From Paraphysomonas bandaiensis (Eukaryota > Protista > Chrysophyceae), in NCBI GenBank assembly GCA_965644295.1, contig CBFFRP010000025.1, positions 124,001 through 188,000 of the forward strand: a stretch of 64,000 nt of DNA, read 5' to 3'. The notes below the pieces were generated by a model that was not told the origin of the DNA, did no database searches, and worked only from the letters and a program-made list of their open reading frames with translations. The first letter of the stretch is position 1. Every line of letters begins with the position of its first letter. A program made the position numbers and the translations under genes. This document shows positions 53,930 to 64,000 of the stretch, piece by piece.

Positions 53930-55240
53930 TCACGTTATGATTGATGACGTGAATACTTTTTCTATATCTTCCGCATTTGTACCAAAATCAAGGGTAGATA
54001 TATTTTGAATATCTTCGGGAGTAGAACGCATGACTGTTTTAATAACACCAAGTGCTCCCCTTCCTACCTTTGTAGTAGTCAATCGTCGGATATCCACTAC
54101 GCCCTGCCCCTGGTACTTGAGAACAACGTTACGACCGGCACACTGCACTGTGTGAATGGATATATCTGTGAAGTTTTCCACAGCACAGCTAGGAGATATA
54201 TCATCCTTGGTAACTCCAGGACCTCTCGTATTAAAAATAGGATCCTCTGAAGGATTACAGCGATTTGGGTTACCAAAGAGAGTAGCGATAGACAGAGCAG
54301 GGATAGAGGGATCGAACTCCGCATATAAAGATTGCTGTGGAAGTACTGGGTGGATATAAGTCAAAGATAACAAAAATACTACTGCAGCCTAACACATACA
54401 TGCAAAATATGAAGGTCGCGCGCTTTCTCGCAAGGCTTCCGATGTTGCTTGAAAAAGTCGGATGGCACACACGAAATCACTCTTGTTCAATATCTCGACA
54501 TATCCAGACTCATGGGCAGCTGTCCCGTCTGATCGGCGCATGATCTTTTCTCCCTCACCATAGAGACTACCATAATTCAGTAGGATTTCTGGACTAGCTG
54601 CCTCCACAATGTAATCACTGGAAGTTTTCTCGCGGAACTCCCGGTAAGCATTTTTGAGGTATCTCTTCACTCTGGATCCCGGCCCTTCTCCAAAGCGGCA
54701 ACCAATGCAAATCCTACTTCGATCGGCCGTATCTGTATTATCAGTTTGTGCACGATCTGTATTTGAGTCGGTGACACCCTCATTCTTTTTCTTTAAATAC
54801 TTGTATCCTTGATAGGCAAGTGAATATTTACCGGGGTACCACTTTCCATCCTTCGCACTCTCTTCGGAAGTGTTTGAATTCGTTTTCAATGCCGGATTTT
54901 TTCTTCCCAAAAATTTTCCTTGTTAATCGTAACATTATTAGCCACATATGATATACACAATACACCTACCTGGGTACCACTTTCCAGCCTCTTCTCTCCC
55001 CATAAGCTCCTTTATCTCACTCACACCTACTGTATTCGGAGGAGCACAGTCTTCGCAATATATCCCTCCACATTCACGACAATGATGTTTACGCACCAAT
55101 AAAGAAAACTCGACGCCACATCCCAATCGCCGACAGCACAATATGGCCGAATCTTCATCCCATATAGTACCGTGATAGTCACTCAAATCTTCAGTGTTTT
55201 CACGGCTGAGCTTTCCAATGAAAGCATCAAAGCTTGTCAT
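53930..55240 (-). CDS. FYVE zinc-finger protein, 3 exons
   Basis: WDED, CCRRLGC, FSLLVRKHHCRECGGIYCEDC FYVE signature; ORFs 55240-54938, 54910-54389 and 54373-53930 separated by intron-sized gaps. Confidence 0.82.
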
Positions 55241-56295
55241 GCGTTTATTTACGTCAACAACTACGCTGCACTTCTGTGTGTGATTGTGAAGTCTTATAAG
55301 TTCAGCTCATATGTTTGTTTGGCACGATGTTGTAGGAGGGACTTGCGTGTGGAGTATTTGTTTATCCGTGTATTTTTTATTAAAAATCCCCGATTTTTAT
55401 ATATATATAACAACTGGTATTTACATTCAAACTGAACCACACTCCTCTCAAGGCATGCCACTCCTTCGTATGTATGCAAAATATGATATGGACGAGAGGT
55501 GACCAGCGGCGCTTTAAAGATAATAGGTGGAATCGAAGAGCTCTTTCAAAGCAATCGTCGACAGCTCGTAACTTGGAATATCTCTACACCCGTTGCCTGG
55601 AAATTTTATGGCCAATAATTATTGGGACAAATTTCGTTGGAAGAAGCGTCGTACGTTATTCAGCTGTTGATAAGTTAACCATTAGTGTAAGCAACATGTT
55701 ACAACTGTTTGCTGCGTATCTCGTGGAGTGATTCCTCCAACGACGTGTTGAACGAGTAAAGTACAAGAGGTAGGGAACAATGTATTGTATTGTACAATAT
55801 ATTGCTATTTTGAATGTGGGAGGATAGACCTCAACATATTGTACGCAATAGTGTTGTCTGTACTCATTAATAGTAATTGCTACTTCAATCTGAATGCCGA
55901 ATGATGTCACAATTGGTAGGGTATTTCCTGCCAAAATCGAATCATATTCTACTATGGGGGTTCTACATGTGATGCTGACTGGATATCGTTGTGTAGTTTT
56001 CATCTTTTAATACAGATCATTGTTTTACAATACAAAATTATTATGTGAAATACCTGAAACCTTATTCTAAATATAAACTAAAGTATTTCATTCTTAAATA
56101 TATCTAGCTACCAGACTGCTCAACAACGAGCGCTTGATGAGTTCTATCATTTGCTGTACTTGTACTTGCATGAATATTAATTCGATGATGAAACTAATTA
56201 CCCATGCTAGATATAGATACTAATTACGATACGTGTAACGTTAGGGTGTAGTAGTTTTACATATATTGCGAAACAATCATCAATATTGTCTCTGT

Positions 56296-57398
56296 CAGGC
56301 TTGCGTAACAATAAATTGGATTGCCAACTAAATTAATCGGTATATAAAGTGATAATTTCAATTATTATTATTGGTAAATATTACCAATTAATTGGCTGGA
56401 TTCGTTATGCAATATGCAATATAGCATGTAGCATTTTAAGATGTATAGCTACTGATCATAGGTACAAGCCCATTACCTTTCAGCATAGAATTTTTGATGT
56501 ATGTACACAGTCACATTAACGTTTAATAATCATAATTGTTTGTGACAGTATAAGGGTTAGTATACTCTTTATCCTCAGCATGCAAGAGTAATAATATGTC
56601 AAAGATCGTTGACAAAGAACAAACTTACACCTCCTCAACGGTCGTAGCGATGTATAGCATATGGTGATTGCAGATATTCAATTGTTTTATGTGTATCCGT
56701 TATGAACGGTAGTATGTATGTGGCAGAACACACTCATACAGAGAAAGCGTAGTCTCATTGGATAGAATGGAGTAGAGTCATTGGATAGCCATCAGGGCTA
56801 GGGAACAAAATATTGCAATATATTGTTCCCTAGACCTGATAGCCATCATGCTTATCATCATTTACTCAACAACATGAAATAATCGTATGAACATATTTCA
56901 CGAGTATTTTTAATCTAACGAACGGGGTAAGTAAATGGCAATGCAAGATATGTCCAGTCGGGAAGGGCCTATTAAATGGAAAGAATTTTTTTTTGAAAAA
57001 GAACAGGTCCGGCGCTTTTTGATAAATGATGTACCTGCACGCGAAGGTGAACTCGATGAAGAGAAAGGTAATGAGGAGGAAGACGTGGCCATTCGACTAC
57101 TTAACGACACACATCAAATTGCCAACCCGATATCGTTGCATGAAGCATTTGTGTAGCACTACCGATGATTGTTATGACTGATTTTCCATGCGAATGGCAC
57201 CTAGACACCTTGAAACGTTGAAGTTTCTGCGTGAAAATTGGCATCTTTGGGATGAGATTATAGTTCAGAAAGTTATTCTATAATCTTTACTTGGCAGTTA
57301 TTGCAAATAGCATTGATGCTTGATTAAAAACTGTAATTATTATTGTTGGACATCTGTCACCACTTAAATGCATGCCATTTAATTGTTACGCAATCCTG
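56296..57398. mobile_element. Non-autonomous hAT-like element, same family as 38021-38814
   Basis: Ends CAGGCTTGCGTAACAAT and ATTGTTACGCAATCCTG; 8-bp TSD GTCTCTGT / GTCACTGT (7/8). Confidence 0.88.
56793..56838. mobile_element. 46-bp minimal hAT element nested in the larger element
   Basis: CAGGGCTAGGGAACAAAATATTGCAATATATTGTTCCCTAGACCTG flanked by perfect 8-bp TSD ATAGCCAT. Confidence 0.92.
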
Positions 57399-58050
57399 GT
57401 CACTGTTAGGCTAGCTCACAGCTCACAATTGATTGCATTCAATACATCAACTATTGATAATCAATATATAACATATATATTACAGTATATTGTAACTACT
57501 ACATACCAAAAGTTTCCTAATTATTAATTGTTTTGTAGCTATGTTGTGAGCTCGCTTCACAATAACAACATTATTGTGGGCCAATCGGTATTCTCACCTT
57601 TTCACTATATCATTCTTTCCTACTTGAAGTAAACTAGTTATTGCGATGTAAATTTGCATGTAGCATGTAACATAGCAAGCATATGAACACTATAAGAATG
57701 AGGCCTTTTCTAGCTACATACAATAGTATAATGTGATGTATGTATTATGTAATTTGGCTCGGGATTTAACATTACAATTGTGGCATGCGTTGCTGAAAAG
57801 ACTTTGTGCCTTGTTGATAATGTCCTAACATATTCAAACACTCCACAATGAACATCACGGTAGTTGGGCTTTCACGTAATTCTTCAATTTACAACAGTGT
57901 GTATACTCAGATGGATTTCACTACGATTATTACATTATCAACCGCTGTCCGAAATAAGTTGGACACACGGCGTCGTACATTAACAGACGCTGCAGATTAT
58001 CCTATATCCTAGACAAGAAATCCGAAGTGGATTGAATCCGAGGACTTCAC

Positions 58051-58912
58051 TTAATTCACACCATCGTCTAGCCATTCCTCCTTAGACTATATGTGTACAA
58101 ATGAATATTATTATGGCCGTGTTAAAATTATGACGTACCTTCGTCCCACGTCCACCCCTTTTGCTATGCGACGAACCCATACCAAAGTTCAACTCAGGAA
58201 AGCAAAGATAGAGTGAGACAAAGATAAGAGCTATAGTCGACAGGATGCTGAATGACAATTGTGCGGCGGTTTTCAAGTTAAAATCGTCAGTTGGGTAGTA
58301 TAACTCTACAGTCTGAAATACATATCAATGACCTTGTCGCAATAGTGGCGGATACATGCAACAAACCTGGTTAAAAAAAGTAGAACTATAAGACACCCTT
58401 TCGTCGTCATAAAATACAGTGTGGGCAAGTGCATACTCTACTGGCTGAAGATCAGGATGCAACTGTCACCACTATGAATATCTGACCAAGAGAACGCGGG
58501 CATATCTACTTACTTGAAATTGGTATTCAAAGGTAAATTCGTCCCCAGGTCTTACAACAACACCAATTGGTTTGTAGGAATAATTTTGAACATGGAAGTT
58601 AAAGTCATACGGCGAATTCAAGCTGCCCATGATGGCGGTTACATTGTATGCATACTGGTCGTCATTGGAAAAATGACATAACACAGTAACAACTTCGCCG
58701 ATAGGAAATTTTTGATCAGAGTGATCTGGAAAAAGATATGACGTCTCAATATCTTCGGCGGCTCCAGGCATATTGGTCAAAGGATGCACAAACTGTTGGT
58801 ACTGCTGCTGAGCTGTTTGTGCAGTTTCTGTACCATCTTCCTGAGAGTGTGCCACTTGAAGTAGTAGAGAGCTCACAAAAGCAACACAAAACAATCTCAT
58901 ATTGGCAACCAT
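58051..58912 (-). CDS. SSR1: Translocon-associated protein subunit alpha, multi-exon
   Basis: Signal peptide; FPIGEVVTVLCHFSN, NVTAIMGSLNSP..VQNYSY, FEYQF-LHPDLQP, STFFNQTVEL, single TM helix, basic tail with EEWL. Confidence 0.88.
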
Positions 58913-59383
58913 AATAATGCTTCGATTGTACAAGAGGTATTGTAGATTACACCTTGCTTTGCAGTGGACTATCGTATAGGTTTCGTATAGCCACCTGCGG
59001 TCGGCAGCAGTGTGTGACATCTAGACATGCTCTTGCAACAATATCATGTAGGTATACCAACCGGTATACCGTATACCAGGCATGGGTATAGGTGCTTGAT
59101 ACAGTATTCCGTTATAGTAGTACTATCGTATACCGCCGTATACATACATGTATGGTCGAAGTTCGACCACTGATATATGTATGTATGTATTATGTGGTGT
59201 TGACTTTATACGCTGCGGTATACAAACATCGACACGCACAGCTACTTGTGAAGGCACATTATCAAGACAGTGTGTGATGTGCTGGCATTAGCAACCATAT
59301 TAGCTGTACTGACTCAGCTCGTGTTTGCAACAATATATCGTAGCTTATCAGTTCTTAAATAATCCATCAATTAATTGAGCCAA

Positions 59384-60905
59384 ATGGGAAAAGGAAAGAA
59401 AAACTCCAAAGCAAAAAAATTGAGTGCGAAAAAGAATGAAAGCAGCACTACAGCAGCAAGCCCTGCAAAGTTACTCTTAGAACAAGGCAACATAGCACTA
59501 TCTCGTGTTGAGCCTGAACTTGCTCTGCAATTTTTCGAGCGAGCCTATCAGATTGATTCTAATGATACTGATGTCATGGACGCATTATCGGACGTGTTAG
59601 TTCGATTGAACGAACCTGAGAAGGCATTAAGTTTTCTCATGAAAAGTACTCAAATCGCTCCCACAGAAAATCCTGGAAAGTGGCTTTGTATGGCACAGTT
59701 GTTGGAGGGCCAAGAAGCCCTCAATAGCTACAACCGCGGTATCGAGTTACTAAAATCCACTGGTTCTGGCGATTCTAATGAACAGGTCACTCATCTTTCC
59801 AAAAGTCTTGTAGCTTGTAACTCATTCTCAACAGGCTAGTGTAGCTAAGCAACTTGCGAAAGCGTATAGTGGAGTAGCAGAGCTGTACTTAACCGATTTA
59901 TGGTATTGTGTGGACTATTCCCTTGTCATCATAACTTTTGTTCGCTGTAGTTACGATGAGGATGCTGAAACTCAATGTGAACGTGCGGTGTCTGACGCAC
60001 TAGCGTGTGACGCCAGTTCCATAGATGCATTGCACGCACAAGCTAGTCTAAGATTAAGCCAGAGTAGAACCAGTGAAGCTTGTGACATTATTCAGCAGGT
60101 GTACGACATTATAAGCAGAAGACGAGATGCAGTCATTCACCGTACAGTAGTAGAAGAGTTGCAGGGAGATAGTGATAGTGGAAATCTAAGCACTGAAGAA
60201 AATGGTATGTGTTTGTATAAATCGTAGGATTTGTATGTAGTATATATAAATATCACGTCGAACGCATCATATTCGTATATACTACAGAATTTCCAAGTGC
60301 CGAGCTTTGTGTGACTACTGCGAAAATGCTTTTAGAATGTTCTTGTGTTCGACCAGAGATGGCACAAGTAAGTTAAAATTGCTTGTGGAAATAGATAACT
60401 TGTCGCAGAAAGCGTTAGATATGATAGTCAGTCTTCTGCATGATGATGATGAGAATATAGAGCTATGGTAACGTCTTCTAGTATAATGGCAGTTCGTAAT
60501 TTTTCTTTTTGTAGGTACCTCGCAGGCGTAGCTGAAATGACAATTTGTTCCCAGCAAACTACACCAGATTATGAAGCGGCAAACTATTATTTGAGCCAAG
60601 CCAAAATTATGATTGAAGAATTGCGACAGCAGTACCAGCAGCAGAATTCAATCCAGGTTTCAGTTAGATGGTACCATATGTTGTAACGTTAGTAATTTAA
60701 TTGTTTGTAGGAAATCGACTCATGTTCTGTTCTTCCATTTGAGGATGAATTGAGTTTAGTACTTAGTCACCTTAAGATTATTGAGCAAAGTTCTCAGTCA
60801 GGAGCTCAGGCAACCATTCCAATGGGTAATCAGAATGATGATGACGAGGAATGGTCGAGTGATGAGGATAATATGGATTGTGAGAGTAGTGCAATGGATT
60901 GTTGA
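59384..60905 (+). CDS. TPR protein similar to Acl4 (assembly chaperone of Rpl4), multi-exon
   Basis: ALQFFERA, APTENPGKWLCMAQL, AELYLTDLC, ASLRLSQ, AKMLLE, LLHDDDENIELWYL, acidic tail. Confidence 0.8.
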
Positions 60906-61544
60906 AATTTTGAATCTTTGGATCTTTTCGTTTAAAATATTTATGCTTACGATTTGTGATGAGTGCGATAGTTTCGGATCACAGTTGGAAAATGTAGTTT
61001 TAAATATTAAATACTCTAATAGATTTATATCAGCTGCTGGATTTCATGCCTCTCTATGGTTATTTAATGTAGTATCCTGTTTAAATAATATTACTTACGT
61101 ATTATTCAAGTACTCAACTAGTTAAATTTTATCTCCATTATGTCCCAAAAATGTATTTTCTCGACCTGCATATAAGGTTGAACTGAAAATAGAACGCTCA
61201 TATTAGCACCGGAACTATACAGACATTCAACTACAGATATAGTTCGAACAGATACTCATTATTTATTACACAGTTTTAGGGAAAGTGCAACGATGACTCC
61301 TATTTCAAAAGCAGATCATCAAATAGTCCAGTTGTATTTTGTGTTCCATCCTTCTAGATCATAATTATGTCAGTACATGTGTCCATGTGATCTATCATAA
61401 AAATAAGTACTTCAAATCTGTACTTCAAGATATTTGCTGGATAGTTGCAATGCCACATCTGATGATAAAGATGATTTAGAGTATTGACACCCTGACTTTT
61501 TAATATATATATACACAACACTAAACCCATATATGAAAGTCTTA

Positions 61545-62230
61545 TTATTAGCAATAGGCGCCGAGAATCAGCACCAGATACGTAGCTAGGTGAAAACTAG
61601 TCAAGATAGATAGACTTCTACCTGTTAAATAACTAGTACAAATTCCCATATCCTACTATATAACGTTACGAAAGCTGCTTGTGCGTCGCCGCAAGCACCA
61701 AGGTGCGACCACTTCTGTTCTTGTGAGGGAAAAGATCTCTATGGACGAGAGTCCTGGAAGTGCAGATGGGGTTAGTCAGGGGGGCTTCTCTTGGGGTAGG
61801 GCACTGCAGGACGTTGTGGAAGCACAGGATTCTGAATTAGTGAGTCGAGTATACCTAGCCTAAGAAAGATGGCGCTGGCGGCGTAGTTGGCGGATGTGTA
61901 GCTGGCGGATGCTGCAACGTGGTGTTTCCACTTTTACAGGGATTGTGGGAGATGTGGATGTGTGGAGAGATACAGTAGTAGTGGTTAACAGTATTATGAG
62001 AACTAACAACATAATAGCAACTGTAGTAATGAAACTGAATATCATATATATATTGATCATACAAGATAGTGACGATGTAAGATCGTACAAGAAATGATTG
62101 GTCGTAGAGATAACATGAAATTGATGAATGAGAAGAGATATTGACTACACAAGAGATTTTAACAAGATTAATGAGTGGCTACACGTCCAATTAACTTAGA
62201 AAATATCCAATTTGTGTCATAACTTGACAG
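61545..62230 (-). repeat. Longest copy of the dispersed repeat family (possible retroelement relic)
   Basis: Left part is the reverse complement of 22690-22880 and 53381-53450; right part matches 18800-19187. Confidence 0.8.
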
Positions 62231-62746
62231 TTTCAACGTTTCAACAAGGGGCATCTCTTTCTCCTTTCTTGGCCCATCCAAGCAATTAATAAGCAATCAT
62301 TTTACTGCCGATTGTATATAGTAGGACTAATGGCTAGGATACAATAGTGGTGTTCTCTGCTCTATAGAATAAATGCATAATATTAGCACTGCAGCTCACC
62401 GTAGATTGGTGAGTAATGATATTTAGTTCGCAACAAAATCAATTTTAAATAAAATTCTTCGATATTAATACATCGTTAAATGCCTCATCGGCTATAAAAC
62501 TAACAACACATGGACACGTTATTTATATTATACTGCCATTCGTCGATTATACCAACTGCGTCAGTGCCTCTAAGATAAGCTGCACTCTGCAGACACTAAC
62601 AAAAACGTCTTCACATCAACTATTTTAATATAGATATAAGAGATAAGAAATAATAAACGTTGTACACACACAAAAAATACAAATAAATATCGGTGCGCTA
62701 CCGTGAATGATTAAAATAGAACGTCAAATTATAATCTGTCCTTGAT

Positions 62747-63678
62747 CTACCCGATAGTGGGTAGGAGATCCGACAACTGTCGAGAAATCGAGTTAACTGC
62801 CACACCACATTGAATACCCTGGGTTATTATTAAGAGACGCTTGGTGAGGGGGAGAGTGTTTCGGCAATCAGAAAGAGGAGAACTAGAGTCCACTGGTGTC
62901 TCTGCACAACTCACTGGACTAGAGGTGCGGTCGTCGCTTTCCTTCATTCCAATTGTAGTCATGTGCCCAGTAGACGGAGATGGAAGGCGCACTGTCAATC
63001 TCTTGTGCGATTTCACTGGGCTCACTGGAGGCCTCTTATGAGACCGTACACTCTTCGCGGTATTGATCTCTTGTAGAGCATGCCACTTGCATACATAGGA
63101 TACGTGAGACTGGAACTGTGGAGCAGAAATGTTAACGCTGTAGTCAAATATATCCAGAAATCGGAGCTCAAGGGAGTTTAAAAATCTGATGTCGCAATTA
63201 CACACACGTGCAAATTCGGCATTGGTGACAGTGTAGTCATCGAGCATCTTGGACGCCATCATGAGGCATACCAATAAAACTGACTTCCAATTCTGAGCAC
63301 ATATTCTGCACTTGTTATCAGTGTTTCTTCCTAGCTGTTTCATGTATATCAAAGCTCCAACCAGACACTCTGGCTCAAGTTGCGAGCATTCGAATATGTG
63401 ATAACACAAGCTCATTATTGATTGAACGGACGGCTCCTAAGATGACCATTATATTACACGGGAAGAGCACTACAAACACACCACACCTTATTCTTCCATG
63501 GACTTGTAAATATACCGTAGGATTTGGGGAGTATATAACCATCGTTATCAGCAGATTCGATTTGGCGAAGGAACTCCCAGGACAGACATTTTATAAGAAC
63601 TTCCACAACATTATGAGATGAGGAGAGTAAACCATCATCACGGATTTGGATGACACCATTGCAACACACTTCAGCCAT
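62747..63678 (-). CDS. Cyclin (cyclin Y/P-type box), 2 exons
   Basis: SQLEPECLVGALIYM, NWKSVLLVCLMMASKMLDD..NAEFA..LNSLELRFL..FDYSVNI; Ser/Pro-rich tail. Confidence 0.85.
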
Positions 63679-64000
63679 GTGAAAATAAATGCGCTCTGAG
63701 TAGTGTGATATGTGAAGGATTGTAGTGTAATTATGCTAATGTAGCGTAATTATTCTGCATGAGGTAGATATAAGTTCAAGGGACGAAGTTGTCAAGGGTT
63801 CTCAGAGTACGCTTCTGTTCAAGTGGAAGATGCGTGAGTCGAGTAATTGAAGAACGCAAGATTTGTGAAGAAAATGACGTCAGGGGATACACAATAATAC
63901 TATGGAATTTGCAATACGGAAATATCTTGAAGAGGTGATGGGTTGCATAAACTGAAAAAATATTGCACCAAAAAATTTGTCCTTTCTCCTCCTTGACTTC

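Noticed and set aside
59150-59175. GTTCGA T-loop-like motif suggesting a tRNA
   Set aside because: No cloverleaf or acceptor stem could be folded around it.
61623-62229. Solo LTR (TGT..ACA)
   Set aside because: No matching 4-6 bp TSD, and the repeat homology extends beyond the proposed left boundary.

Overview
Eukaryotic, gene-dense, moderately AT-rich DNA with many very short (~45-60 nt) spliceosomal introns. Gene content and the P-x-x-x mucin/LRR protein suggest a stramenopile protist, possibly chrysophyte-like; this is an inference. About 20 protein-coding genes: MCM-binding protein, a bacterial-type MOSC protein, a coiled-coil protein, a MORN protein, a sulfotransferase-like/class IV aminotransferase fusion, a SagB/ThcOx-type nitroreductase, a secreted C39-like peptidase, an EF-hand protein, a TPR membrane protein, a giant LRR-mucin-multipass receptor-like protein, a PIP-kinase homologue with altered catalytic residues, UNG, Sec23, a nucleolin-like protein, a histidine phosphatase, an FkbM methyltransferase, a FYVE protein, TRAP-alpha, an Acl4-like TPR protein and a cyclin. 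The intergenic DNA holds decayed mobile elements: a pogo-like element with perfect 24-bp TIRs and TA flanks, several hAT relics, and a dispersed repeat that may derive from a non-LTR retroelement. The hAT relics include a 46-bp element with a perfect 8-bp TSD whose empty site is visible in a paralogous element, and an element end pair with an inverted TSD. No tRNA, rRNA or CRISPR array was recognised. I found no convincing new multi-gene system; the best leads are the bacterial-like enzyme genes, the giant receptor with its higher-order repeat array, the pseudokinase and the transposon footprints.
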